NCBI GenBank assembly: GCA_002269645.1 | Contig: NIVC01001897.1 | Location: 175,979 to 239,978 of the forward strand | DNA length: 64,000 nucleotides | Source: Macrostomum lignano | Taxonomy: Eukaryota | Direction: 5' to 3' | In this document: piece after piece, positions 36,180 through 55,517 of the stretch | Layout: each line of letters starts with the position of its first letter | Numbering within the stretch: position 1 is the first letter of the stretch | The notes under the pieces: model-generated | Told to the model about the DNA's origin: nothing | The model's input: only the letters and a program-made list of their open reading frames with translations | Databases searched by the model: none | Position numbers and translations under genes: made by a program

Positions 36180-39089
36180 TCAAAGTTGAGTAAGTGTACA
36201 ACCGTCAACGTTGATGACTTCAAATCGTTGGCCGCCATTGTCATTATCTTCGCTGCTGTCGTGAGCGCCCTCGTCGTCAGAACTGCTGTCGCTCTCGCCA
36301 CTTGCATCGCCGTCAGTGTTCATGTCTGCGCCGTCACCTCCGCTTTGCCGAGTGCTCCTTGGGCCTGCAGCCGAGTTCCGAAGTTCTCCAGTCGGACGCT
36401 GTGCGGACTGCTGTGAGCACCTTTTTCGGCGGAACCGAGTGCCTGAGTGGCGCAGATGTTCGCCCACCGCGGATTCAATGGCCTCGCCTTTGGCGTCTTT
36501 GTGAACACTCCACACGACGTCTAAAAGTAGGTAAATACTGCCCATTAGTTTTGCTTACCCAAAGTAGATTAGTATCTAGATATGGACGTACAGAATTGAT
36601 ATATATTTAACTAAGCAGCTTAAATACACATTTTATCATAGAAGAGACAAAATCCTAAGCACCATTATGTTGCTTACTTTTGATAAAAGGCAGCAGGCCA
36701 GTTGACTCAAAGCAATACTTGGAAACGCCAGAACGCTTGGCACCACGGAGACTGAACTGATGAGCAAGCTTGTCATCCATGATGTGGTATAAGATATTAG
36801 CGACGGACTTCATTAGAGTTTTGCTGGTAAGCCGCTTGAAGAACAGAAACTGAAATGTGTGGAATGAATTCGAATGGTAGACTAGAAATTGAATTAATAA
36901 ACTACAAGACATTACACATTAATAGTCATGTCTTGTAATGTGTTATATTCTCTCATAAAATACATGCGGCAGTTAAGCGGCATCCAGTCGCTTTTGTAAA
37001 TCGTGCAATGATAAAAATCATACAAAATACTAGCACTCACTGCATCATTTAAGCAGCCTCGATCACTTGTTAGTCGTGTGGCCCACTCAGTCAGTTTATC
37101 GACTTCGGTAAATGGCAGATCTTGAAGTATAGGCCTGTCGGTTGGCTGTTGGCCGTGCTGGGCATTGCTGGAGTTTGCACCTGTACTACGAGACGAAGAG
37201 TTCTGCAGAGCAAGAAACTGCAGGTGAAAGTCTTTCACCTCTGTAGCCAGGCCACAAATCGCACCATGCATCGCGCGCTGGGTTGCTAAAATGAAGAAAA
37301 TTATCGAGAAGATGTATCAGCCAGTCAGGGATAATAGTCAGTTAGTGACTCAAATAGATTATTCTCTATACAAACCAGATGAACCTCCGAAACGTTAAGT
37401 ACAAATTAAAAAGTGTAAATCGCAGCAAAACTCAGAATCATGCGGAGCTGAATGTTTAATAGTGCATTACGCCATTTTAATTTAAATCGTAACTTTACTT
37501 AATTCTGGAAATGAAGAGCTCGGATTAGAACTTCTAAATTTTCTTATATCAGCGCCTCAGTAGCGAAAGAAATTTTTTTAGCTGGCTTACTTTCAATCCG
37601 CCGCACGGCTGTCACTAGAAAGTCCAATATGTCTGCACGGCTCGCGTCGTAAACGCCAATCGCAGAGGCCGCGGCAGCTGCAGCAGAAGCAGGATGGTGC
37701 TGGATTCCATGCCCCATCGGAGAGGCCGCGGCAGATGCAGCAGAAGCAGGATGGTGCTGGATTCCATGCCCCATCGGAGAGGCCGCGGCAGATGCAGCAG
37801 AAGCAGGATGGTGCTGGATTCCATGCCCCATCGGAGAGGCCGCGGCAGATGCAGCAGAAGCAGGATGGTGCTGGATTCCATGCCCCATCGGAGAGGCCGC
37901 GGCAGATGCAGCAGAAGCAGGATGGTGCTGGATTCCATGCCCCATCGGAGAGGCCGCGGCAGATGCAGCAGAAGCAGGATGGTGCTGGATTCCATGCCCC
38001 ATCGGAGAGGCCGCGGCAGATGCAGCAGAAGCAGGATGGTGCTGGATTCCATGCCCCATCGGAGAGGCCGCGGCAGATGCAGCAGAAGCAGGATGGTGCT
38101 GGATTCCATGCCCCATCGGAGAGGCCGCGGCAGCTGCAGCAGAAGCAGGATGGTGCTGGATTCCATGCCCCATCGGAGAGGCCGCGGCAGCTGCAGCTAA
38201 ATTGGTGCTGGTGCTGAAGCTGCCACAAGAAGACTGTGAAAACGGGCTCAGACTCGATGTAGTAGCATGAACTGCGCTTGCCAAGATGGCTTCATGTTGG
38301 ATGGAAGCCAAATTCGAACTGCTGCTTATTGTCAAAGGTGGCCTCGTGCCATCAGGTTGAAACTTTGGTGGCGCTGACGACTGTCCAGCACTCCGGCTGT
38401 TACCCAGTGTAGAGGATTTGCTCTTTGTCGTTCTCTTTCGGCCGGTTTTTCGAGTCTCAATGTCGAAATTCTCATTGTAATAGTGGTCGACAACTTGAAT
38501 TCTTCGTGGAGCATCTATATCAGTAGAATCAACTTCTCCCCGACTCTCGTACCGCTTCCGCAGGTTGACAGCAGCGGGAAATTGATCTGCATGAAGGGGA
38601 ATAGACACATGTACATGTACACTATATAAAATTACATCCTTTATTATTAGCTATGAAAATTCGCTTTCACGTGGGACTTAGTCATCCCACATCTAATTAA
38701 ACAAGAAAAAATATCAACCCCCCGATGTAGATAATAGGAGCCACATTGAAGTACTTTTTTCTAATGTATACAAGAAAATAGTACAATAATTGCACTTAAG
38801 ACTGGCTTCATATGTAATCATAGGCATATCATATATAATCTACCTATTTGAAAATAATTCTGCATTAGCACATAAACTCACCTCTCGATCCAATGATGTC
38901 GACTTTGTAAGGCAACCAACTATCGTCTGGGACTGACTTCGACTGGTTTGTCAAGCAAGCCTTGAACTTTTTCAGGGGAGGGCACAAGACGCTGTCGCTG
39001 CCCTGAAGCCAGGAACGACGAACGATTTCAATTTCTTCAGTTTCATTGAAGCGAACAACAACAAATGCATTCAGGTCGTTTAGACTCAT
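36180..39089 (-). CDS. Transposon ORF2 (DUF4806-like accessory protein of animal EnSpm elements), 5 exons, about 653 aa
   Basis: Exons 39089-38882, 38586-37591, 37285-37041, 36849-36678, 36520-36180 are phase-compatible (1962 nt). N-terminus FVVVRFNETEEIEIVRRSWL; C-terminus VANILYHIMDDKLAHQFSLRG...CFESTGL...IESAVGEHLRHS. The domain name is from recalled family resemblance. Confidence 0.7.
37670..38190. repeat. 57-bp coding tandem repeat x9 (SPMGHGIQHHPASAASAAA) within transposon ORF2
   Basis: Period of 57 bp measured between 37681 and 37738. Confidence 0.95.
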
Positions 39090-39588
39090 TCATAGACTTG
39101 GCCCGAATATGCTGAAATAAAAGTTGGAGGGAAACAAAGCAAAGTTAGAAAAGCTATCGGATCGGAACACATTTTCCTTTATTATTTTATAGTACTATGG
39201 GTGAAAACGCAACGCATATATTTCAGAAGCCTACCTTCACTAAAAATCTGTTAACAAACAGCAAAACCATTTTGCGAAGCAAAGAAAACCATCTAAAAAG
39301 GGACTGTCATATATTTCGCATGTCTATGCCTAATCATGTCTAGGTCTATATGCGATTGTTGGAAAGAATTTAATATGAAAGCATGAAATTAGTGACAGCG
39401 TGAAATGATAGTATGTTCTTCCCACAAACATTTATATTTTCTAATATTACCTGCTTACTCAGTGGGAGTGGCTAAAAATGAAACCAACATTTGCTGAATG
39501 AGAAAGCAGCTAGCTAGAAGAAGTCAGACAGAGAGTTCATTCAGTTGCTTCCAAACATTTGCAGAGAAATGCTTGATGTGCGTAGAAG

Positions 39589-41925
39589 CTACGCACAGTC
39601 GACCAATGTATGTAAAATAGGGAGAATGCAGGAACGATTTTTGAGACTTACAAGCATCGCTTTACCATAGAAATCAGTCCATCGTACAGTTACGAGTGAG
39701 TTGCTTAAAGTATTGACAACGGAAATGTGCAGAGACATTGAGTCGAAAGTTTCGTCGTAGAGGGCGGTTTGCTGAATAAATTTCTTGCCAACGAAAATAC
39801 AACCGACATCAGTAGAAATTATATGAGTGACTACAACTGCAAATCCATCTCGAGTTAAAATATAGCAGTCTGGATTAGCAACAGATATATACGTTCCACG
39901 CAATACAAGACTAACTTTACGGTAAATACCAAATGTCTGAACTCCTTGCAATGAGAAGTCTACATTCGAAGATGCAATTGGACCGGAATATTCAAAAGGC
40001 GACTGAATAGAACACATGTGCTTAGGAAAAAAACCGAGAGTCACATCTCTCTCCAGAATTCGCTTCACAGTCTGCTCGAGAGCAAAACGTGGACTGCGAA
40101 CAAACTGGGTAATAAAGCGGATAAAATTTTCGCCCCAAAAGCAACTAAAACTATCCAACGGACCACGTCGACGAACTTCTGAAGGAATATGAATTATTGA
40201 ATGCACAGTGTACACGATAAACTCGTCACCCCAAATAATTGCACATTCATTAACAATGTGCTTTGCCAAATCTTCGGCATAAGAGCAGTACGTTTGACAA
40301 ACCAAAGGATGCGACAATAGGAAAACAAACGAATGCAGAGAAAGAAATAATTGATACACAGATTCAGGGACGTTTCCAGCTAAAACAATTGGCGCCAAGT
40401 ACAAAATAAACAATCTAAACTCAGTTGCCTTCCAAAGACCCACGCACTCAATCGACCGTGGCTTTCGTGCAAAATCATGCGGAATGCAAGACGAAATAGA
40501 ACACAGATCAGCACTTATCTGACGAATATTAGGTCCAGATGCTCGATGGGGCAAGCGTCCCTTACCGAGGAATTTTAAACATTTAGGAACAATACCCTCG
40601 TATATTAAGTGCATTGGATCCAGAGGAAAATCATGAACCATGTCGATGGGCAAACTTAAAAAAGGGCTTGGTAGAAGAACATGATTTGGGTATACATCAC
40701 CTCTGAAGCCAAAGTCAGTTCGTAGTGCAGCACTTAGGTCAGAAAATGTCACTCTTCCATTACAAAAGTCCCCTTCAACAGTGCACTTGTCGCAACCAAA
40801 GTATCCCCAACATGCTTTTGTTCCTTTTACAAAGCTGCGTGCTGGTGAATCGCAGGTAATCATTGAAAGTTTAAAAGGTAATATGAGATCTGACTCTGAA
40901 GTGACAGTAGAGACAAATCCATCAGCCATCAAATCACGCAATTCAGTAATACAGTCGGCAAGAAAGTCCGAAGCAGAGAGGGGTTTGCCAGTTCCATAGT
41001 AAAGCCCGATTATAAAAACAGAATGAGACAAATTCGAAACTCTACCCAACACAGGCCACAATGTATAGGTAGTGCTATTGTGCACTTTTGCACCATCAAC
41101 AAAAAGGTGGAGGTTCAAGGAATCCAGACGAGAGCGTGATCCAATATTGCTCAGGAGAAAGTCAAGACCAGCTTTAACGCCAAAATGATAATATCGCCCT
41201 GGGTTGACATAGCGAAAAGTAAGCTCCCTTGGTGTAGTCATTAGTCCACGATAGTCAGCAGCTAGACCAGGAAACTCGTCTTGTAGATTCTGAAGCAAGT
41301 AGTTCACGCACGGCACTTCTGGGCCTGTTGCTTTAACCCAGTCTCGAAGCATGGCCTCGAGTCTCGCACATTGGTTGTCATCAGAATGAAGGGCTGATTC
41401 AATCGTTGAAGAAGTCAGGTTTCCTAAATGTAAGAAATAAATAGCTAGAGTATTATCAAAAACTATTAAAAAGATTATGCACATACTTGTTGATAAAATC
41501 ACATTTTTACTCTAAATTTTTGTTTAACTTTCAAAGTTACAGAAAAAATTTAAGTTAATTTATTTGTAAAGCAGAAATGAATAATGGATGGTGTAAGGTT
41601 CATATTCAGTTTAGAGGATCAAGCACACTAAGATGTCAATAAAAAGTGTTGAAAGCAATTAGGGGTTATTATAAAAAATAGATACATTCAATCTTACCAA
41701 CATCATCACTAGTCATCTCCTGGTATTCAAGTTCCATTTGAGACTCTTCTGTGGGCTCAGGAGCAGCATGAATTCCAAGCTCTGCCATAGGCTCAGTTGG
41801 CTGTTGACTTGGATCTTCAGTGTGACATGGGCAATGCAGCATAACTGCAGCTTCCTCGTAGCTTCTCTTAATATGTCGTTGGACTGTTCGCTTACTGGCT
41901 CCATGAACAGATGTTGAGGAAAAAC
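39589..41925 (-). CDS. CACTA/EnSpm-type DDE transposase (exons 41925-41698 and 41423-39589; start exon further upstream uncertain)
   Basis: Uninterrupted frame with LFVDG, LWPVLGRV, CDSPARSF, GYFGCDKC (CxxC), PLDPMHL, PHDFARKPRS, WKATEFR, LDSFSCFWGENF. The upstream exon (ASKRTVQRHIKRSYEEAA) joins phase 1 to phase 1. Confidence 0.88.
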
Positions 41926-43451
41926 CTAGACAAATTATAGAGAAATGGATGAAATGAAAGCCTCATAATTACGCCAGCATAATGAAGCCTTCTATGCCTT
42001 CAATACCTTGAGCAAGACCTAGCAAGAAACTGTCAGAGTATCAAGATCATACCCTTGATAATGAGTACTCAACATAAGTATATGCTTATTGCAACATATA
42101 TATAATATAAATTATAGCAAAAAATATGTTTATATTACAAATCTAATATACAATCCACAAATTTCCTAAAACTTGCATCTTGTGCTTTAAAGAAAATAAT
42201 AATTGTTTAACAACATTGCAAGCTTTATTTTCTCCAAACAGAAGCATTATAGATAAAAAAATTTACTCAAAGTTTTGCCAAAAGCAAAAATAAATCAAGT
42301 TGACAATTATCATTATGAACAAATCCCAAATACACCAAATTCATCATTTAGCATAGCAAACATTTTTATAGGCAAGGTTTGATTTAGGGTCTAATATAGT
42401 AGAACTAAAACTAATAAATATAATAAATAATAAAACTAATATAGGGTCTTTAGGAGCATATATAAAAATTAACAAATTAGGTTGAATACAAATAGCCAGC
42501 ATTATATACTTTTAAGCTTGATACTCAAGTCTCTTGAATTTTGACTAGCACTTCATATCCAACAAATAACTTTTCAATAAATTTTGTTTTATTTAAATTA
42601 ATTTAGCTATCATTAGCTAGTTATTAAATATAACATTTCTTATGAAACAATCTTATACCATAGTCCAGAAGAAGGCATCTTGTACCCCAGAAATTTCTAG
42701 GGTACACTCAAGAAATTTAGCATACATTGGCATACACAAAAAGTGATTTTCTAAGGCTTTTGGCATATATGTTTAATATTTTTGTGACACACAAAGAATG
42801 AAAAGTTATGTTATTAATAATTGTTACAATAGTTGTCCATGCATACATTACTATAAAATTTGATATAAAATTAATGCAAAACTGAATTCTGTTTTTTATA
42901 AGTTAAAAGTCATGATTTTTAACAAAAATGCACAAAGTTTACTTTTGTTTTTTTAATATATATAACATTATATAAATATAACTATAACTGTTATTTTTAG
43001 TTTTTAGCTCATCTCATTTAAATTAAATATCTAAATCACCCATCATGTTCCATCACTTATTCCTAGCAATTTAGATGTTTTGTGTAAAGTATTATAAATG
43101 GTATATATTGGCATTAAAAGAATGTTGACAGTTTTTTTGTGGGGCACATATAGTGTTCTGAACTATAGATCTTATACAAAAAATCTATGATTTGCAACAC
43201 TTTTTATTTATAGTTGAAATTTGCTCTTTAATCATTTCTAAGTCTATTTTACATCCAAAATGCAAAAAAACTTATTGATATTTGCAATCTACACTTTAAT
43301 CTTTATTTTGGCAGTCTTAGTCTTACTTCTTATAATAAAGGAATGTTTAGACAAACATTTTATGATATAGAGCAATAGGCCTAATATAGATATATAAATA
43401 GACTATACCAAATGGTATATAATTGAGGCAAACTTGAACTAAAAATAGTTA

Positions 43452-43484
<33 letters not shown>

Positions 43485-45445
43485 CATATTTATACCAACA
43501 ACATGAGTTTGTATTATATTTATATTATAGGGCCTAGCAACATATTATACTAACTAACCTTAAGTATTAGGCCTATACTAACAAATGTTTGGCCTAAATA
43601 AGGCTAAGCATAACATAATCAAAATACTTTATATATTAGATAAGCATAAAAAATATATATTAGAAACAGAGTTTCATTGCATTATTATTTACCTACAACA
43701 ACTGTGTCTTCACTTAGAGTAGGTGCAGAAGCAGATGGCCCAGACAAAAATACAATATTAGATGCTAGACCACTAAGGGCCTGGTCCTGATTATTTGCAA
43801 CTTCAGGTTCAACTTGATCTTTGTCTATCTCTTGGGTAGTTTTGCAAGTTACAATCAAGTAAACAAAAAAAGCTATGGTTGTAATCCCAGGAGCAAACAA
43901 AAAAACTGGCATTCCCAACTTAATATAGTAGCCAGGCTAAGGCCTAGGCAATAATATTTTTATGTTCTTTAAGTTTAAATTCAAGGGCTAGTGTAGTAGG
44001 AAGAGCTTTGCAACAACAGATTTTTATCTAATTAATTTTAGTTACGTTTTTGTATTCTAGGCCTTCGACTTATGCCAACTTTAAAGCTAAGCAAACATGC
44101 AATAAACCAAATAAAAAGCTAAACAAAAAGTCAAATAGAAAGTTAGGTAAACAGTAGGCCTAAATAGCAACGATTTTTTTTGCAGCTAGAAATCCGTGTC
44201 GATGTGCCTGACGGTAGAAATTAAATCAAGTTGGTTAGTAAAAACTGTAGCAGCTACATTTAACAAATCTTTACGTATACATTAAAGAAACAGATTCTTC
44301 TGAATTAGAATTACATAAATGAATAACTCCGTACAATTTTAATTTAAGGAGCTCCCGAATCTAAACGAGTTGCAATAATTCAATTGCCAGAAATTCACAC
44401 ATTTGAAATCTTTTTCTATATCAATGTTCCTGCAACAATTCAGCAACATTTTTATGTCAACGTTGATGCCAAGCGCGCGCTGTCAACAACGTCAATGTTG
44501 CAGCAACTAAAGATGGCACTAGGGGTATGGATGGATGAGCTTTGAAAATAATTTTTCGTTATTAATTAATCGAACAGCAGGCGTAACCTGAGAATAACAC
44601 TGTAAAGCACTGAATTTAAAGCAGTTTTTTGTGACCCCATAGCAATCTTCCTACTCAGACAAAAATATTATCGAAAATCATTCGTTATGGATCAGGAACT
44701 TCCTAAATTTTTTTGTGAAGCATTTTATGACATATTTACTTTTAAACTTATTTACATTGATTTAATTTATTTTTCAGTTTTTCAGCATGTGATAATTGAA
44801 AAATAAAACAATTTAACAAAGCTGTAAGCTCAGTCAAAGGTTTATAGCCAGAAAAAGGAATTTCTATCCTATATGAACTAAAATGTATTTAACAAAGTCA
44901 CAATTGACCATATATTCATATAGCTAAATAATATTTTATGCAATTTTTTAGCTTTCAACACTGGTTATAGCTGTTTGTCTCATTGGATCCAAATAAATCA
45001 TTTTTTAAAACTTAATTAACTTAATTGTGCAATACAAATTGATTGCATTAATATAGTTTATTAATTTGCTTTCTGTATGTACATTTTGGATCTACTTAAT
45101 AGAAACTATACTAATATCCATATGTCTAGCCTCTTATATTTTGTTTCACTTGAACTGCAGTTATAACTAGATGTTTCAGGGGATAATAAATTACTCAATA
45201 GTTTTTTAGAATAAAAAATCAAATAATTAGAAGGCAGATTTACAGTATCTGTCTATTATATTTTGTATATTAAAATATATATAGACACTGGTGTAAATTC
45301 TGTTATTTCATTAGCCAAAAATCATGAGCAAAAGAATAGTTTCCAATCCATTTGTTGATTTGTATAAATTTTGTAAAATTTCTTTGTTTGACATTACAGC
45401 AACTGTAAGTTTGAGTCGCTCAACAAGAAAATCACCTTAGCAACC

Positions 45446-51956
<6,511 letters not shown>

Positions 51957-52471
51957 TTTCCGCATGCGCCTTTTGCAGAAGGAGAAAACTGTGTTGGCGC
52001 CTAGACAGTTACAAATGTAGCCAAGGTTGCTGCAAAAATGTATTATCAAGATAGGAAGTTTCCCTGTTTCTAAACGAGAAACATCGTACATCCTGCCCAT
52101 GCCATCACATGCATCACACACTCATGCACAAGCTCACTTTCCGTGGAAACTTCCTGTCTCCCTGATTACACCTCCATCGAAATTTTTGTTATTATTTCAA
52201 ATTTAAAACTTTGTGATCTTTTCAGCTTCTATGATATGAAAGTATTTTAGGATTGCTGCTTATGCCAGTTTACTCATGTTAGACACTGTAGCTCTATTTT
52301 ACCGTCCTCTTCTCATGAGCTAGTTCTCAGATATATTATCCTGCGAAACATTACTCACTGACTTAGTATTTTGTTAATAACAAATCTAAACAAAGAGCAT
52401 CTTTGTCAGGTCAATTGACACGAAGATTTAAATTTCTTTTAAAACGCTTATTTTAATCCGTCTCTCTTATG

Positions 52472-52642
52472 CGCGGGTCGAAAAAAATTTTTACCCAAGG
52501 GCCAGGGCCAGAAAAAGACGGGAGCTGAGAAGAGATATAGACCTTGCTCGGTCGGGATTGCTATTGCAAAGTTTCAAAGGACCCCGAGGGCCGGATAGAG
52601 AGGCTTCGCGAGCCGCATGTGACCGGAGTTTGCCGACCCCTG
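52472..52642. mobile_element. Old, degenerate hAT (Charlie-like) MITE, about 170 bp
   Basis: 3' end GGGCCGGATA...GTTTGCCGACCCCTG is typical of hAT non-autonomous elements; degenerate 5' TIR CGCGGGTCGAAAAAAATTTTT...AAGGGCCAG; no clear TSD. Confidence 0.55.
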
Positions 52643-52899
52643 CTCGGCTTCCGTTATGAAGCAGATCTTAGTGAAAATTTGTAGCTAAAAAGTGCATAAG
52701 AAACTGGTTTAGTAATCAAAGAAACTCATTCAAAAGTGCGCCTTCCTGGGTCAGCAAATTCAAATCTGTAGCTTATAACAAACAGTACATGACGTTCTAA
52801 GAAAAAACCGCAAAAATTTCAGCGGAATCGTCACGTAGATTTAACGCTCAACCGTTGAGCTGGTGACTCCACAGTCGATGACCATTTAGAATGCAGCGC

Positions 52900-53720
52900 C
52901 ATGGCTCTTCTGGTCAGGTGTGCCAGTTCCTTAACGAAATTAACAACCTACCAGGACAGCGTCTGGCAAAGTGGTGAAGATTGAGTCCGCAGTTGATGAG
53001 GCGTAGCAGCTTCCTGAGCCGTGTCTGTTCATCGTGTTTTCTCCGAATTCTAAACTAGATTATCTTCTGGCCTGTTCCAGCGACGGCTTAGTGAAGCTAA
53101 AAGTACAAGGCAATTTAGACTTTTCCAAATCCATCTCGGGAATCAGTTGTGACAGCAAACGCCAGGCTCTGTACATTTTGAGCTTCCAGTCGCTCACGGT
53201 GACAGATCTTGGCGGCATTGTGACGCGGGAGATCAAATCCTGCAGTCTCGGACCGTCTGTGGACTACTGCGGAATGACTTGCGGCTCAGGAAAAATAATT
53301 ATACTGAGCAAGTCTCACAGAGATCAAAAGCTGCTTGGCATCTGTTTGTGCTTCTAGTAGAATCCCCTGACCCTGGCACTTATCTGAAGTACATGTCGGT
53401 AATTGGCAATGCGGTGCTGATCACTTACTGGCCATCCAGCAAGCTCTACAAAGTGTGCATCGCCAGTGGTCAGCTGATCTCGACCCACCCGACCCAGAGA
53501 AGTCGGCTTGACAAGCTTCAAGAGCCTGCAGGAGTGGCGGCTCATCGCTCATGTCTGCTGTTCGTCAGCGAGAGCTCAAGGCATGTGGTTCGTGTGATGC
53601 GAAGTGACGGCACTGTGCTGCAGACTGTCGGAGTCGAGGGTGAGGCTGGCTCAGCAGAAAACAAGCTGAACAATCCGCGAGGCTTAGCCTCTTTCTGTCA
53701 GCATCTTTCGATTGACCACT
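52900..53720 (+). pseudogene. Decayed tandem paralog of the NHL/beta-propeller gene
   Basis: Collinear similarity to 54012-55517 (CQFLNEINNL vs CTFVRKIDNL; SGKVVK vs SGRVVK; LTVTDLGG vs ISVTDLSG; VRVMRSDGTVLQTVGVEGE vs VRVLASDGAILQTLDGEGE), with an internal TAG and frameshifts; no coiled-coil half is visible. Confidence 0.7.
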
Positions 53721-54011
53721 GGGTCAGCTTGCAAAGTCATGTAGAAACTCTCGCTCTGGATCCAACACATTGCTTCATTGATATTATCCTATTTTAATGT
53801 TTTGGCTGGATAAATGCATTATTCTAATAAGCCACTTGCATTTTGCATTGCATCTTAGATAAAAAGTGCTTCTGTACTCTATAAATGTTTATGTTCTTGT
53901 TTTTATCGTCTACAACTTGGTCTTTTCCCTATAGCTGTATATTATTGAGCTTTTAGTGAGCCCATTGATCAATCACGGCATCTTTCTCATCTTTTCAAGC
54001 CTCTGCCAGTC

Positions 54012-55517
54012 ATGACCGAGGCCGTTCAATCCCGCATCTGCTCCATGGGCACCTGCAAAGCAGCGGCTGCTGGCACCGGAGCTCAGACATCGCAGCCTCT
54101 GTGCCAGAGACACCTGGATCGAGACTCCGACAGAGTGCGTGAACTTCACGCCAGAGTTCAGGCCAGGCTGGAGCCTCTGAGGCTCGTCCGCGACTGTCTG
54201 CGAACGGACGTGCAGGTGTTGGAGGCGGAGCTGCAGGTGGCTGAGGATCTGCTCAATGCCGCTATTGAGTCGCTGATGAAGCACAAGGAAGCTGTGACGA
54301 GTCGACTCACTGCCAGAACTGACGCAGCAAGGCAGAAGCTGAGCGACTTTGCAGTGCTGCAGGAGTTCGACAGCTCGATAGCAGCGGCGGAGAGCGCCAG
54401 CGACCTTCGAGGCGTATTTGAGCTGTCCTCTCGCATGGAGCTGCAGTGCAGTGATCTCGAGGACGCGGTGGCTGAAGGACGATTAGAGCTGGGCGACGTT
54501 TGCGGAGCTCTGAGAGACCTGCAGCTGAGCATCGACAGGCAGTTCGGGGACGTGATGAAGCTGTGCGAGTCCTCTTGCGTCAAACCAAAATCTCTTTGCA
54601 CTTTTGTACGCAAAATTGACAACCTCGAAGGCAATCCGGTATGGGTGACGTCATGCACCAACACCGCTGGCTTCGCCTCCGACTCATCTGGTCGCGTGGT
54701 GAAGGCTGATTCCCGCAGCTCAAGCACCGCGCCGCTGCCTAGACTGTGCATATTTGTGTCGGCTGAATTTCCAAAAGCAGATCACTTGTTTGTGTTCTCA
54801 CCTGATGGTAAAACTAGGTTGAAGTGTTTCAGCAAAATCGATTGGTCAATGTTTGTTAGCGGACTTTACTGCCACTGCAACCAGCAACTGCTGTACGTTG
54901 CGCAGCAGCGTATGATCTCTGTGACAGACCTGAGCGGTTGTGTTGTACGAGTGATCGACCAAGACAGTTTGGGGCATCCTTTAGGCTACTTGTGTGGCCC
55001 ATGCGGAACTGGAGACAAAGTTTACTTCCTGGATCAGCAAAACAGAAGAATCTACGGATTGGACAGCAAGCGTGGCGAGCTGCAGACTGTCATCGGCCTT
55101 GAGTCATTCTATGAAACACGTCGCAGGGTCCTGGAAAGCCTAGCCGTACAAGATACCACAATATTGCTAACAGATTTTGGCAAAGGCCAGGTGCACAAGA
55201 TTGGCACTATCAGTGGATACCTCAGGTCGTCTTATCCGACCGCCAGGTCCGGTGTGCGAGCCTTCAACTACCCTTCAGACGTGGCTGTTGCGCAGAACTG
55301 TGGCCTCACTCTCGTCTGCGATTACAAGGAGGCCGCTGTCAGAGTTCTGGCCAGTGACGGGGCGATTCTGCAGACCCTCGACGGTGAGGGAGAATCCGGC
55401 CCTGGCCTGGCAGGTCCGCACAGTATGTCTGTGCTGCCCAGTGACACAGAAGAAGGGCTGCTGCTTTGTGTGGCAGATCGCAATGATAGAAGTCTGCACT
55501 TGTACACTATTCTGTGA
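54012..55517 (+). CDS. Intronless coiled-coil + NHL-like beta-propeller protein (TRIM2/3-like, RING-less), 501 aa
   Basis: Uninterrupted ORF: N-terminal Cys/His remnant (CSMGTC...CQRH), heptad coiled coil, then propeller-blade motifs (FNYPSDVAV, LAGPHSMSV, LCVADRNDRSL). Confidence 0.78.
   Translation: MTEAVQSRICSMGTCKAAAAGTGAQTSQPLCQRHLDRDSDRVRELHARVQARLEPLRLVRDCLRTDVQVLEAELQVAEDLLNAAIESLMKHKEAVTSRLTARTDAARQKLSDFAVLQEFDSSIAAAESASDLRGVFELSSRMELQCSDLEDAVAEGRLELGDVCGALRDLQLSIDRQFGDVMKLCESSCVKPKSLCTFVRKIDNLEGNPVWVTSCTNTAGFASDSSGRVVKADSRSSSTAPLPRLCIFVSAEFPKADHLFVFSPDGKTRLKCFSKIDWSMFVSGLYCHCNQQLLYVAQQRMISVTDLSGCVVRVIDQDSLGHPLGYLCGPCGTGDKVYFLDQQNRRIYGLDSKRGELQTVIGLESFYETRRRVLESLAVQDTTILLTDFGKGQVHKIGTISGYLRSSYPTARSGVRAFNYPSDVAVAQNCGLTLVCDYKEAAVRVLASDGAILQTLDGEGESGPGLAGPHSMSVLPSDTEEGLLLCVADRNDRSLHLYTIL

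Larger units (their letters stand above)
35245..44525 (-). mobile_element. Full-length CACTA/EnSpm (CMC superfamily) DNA transposon, 9281 bp
   Basis: 13-bp TIRs CCCCTAGTGCCAT (35245-35257) and ATGGCACTAGGGG (44513-44525); 3-bp TSD TAT on both sides (35242-44 and 44526-28); clustered subterminal ATGTTG/CAACAT motifs at both ends; internal transposase and second gene. Confidence 0.88.

Noticed and set aside
28057-38190. Both coding tandem repeats (orphan ORF and transposon ORF2) have a 57-bp/19-aa unit
   Set aside because: The unit sequences are unrelated, so this is probably coincidence
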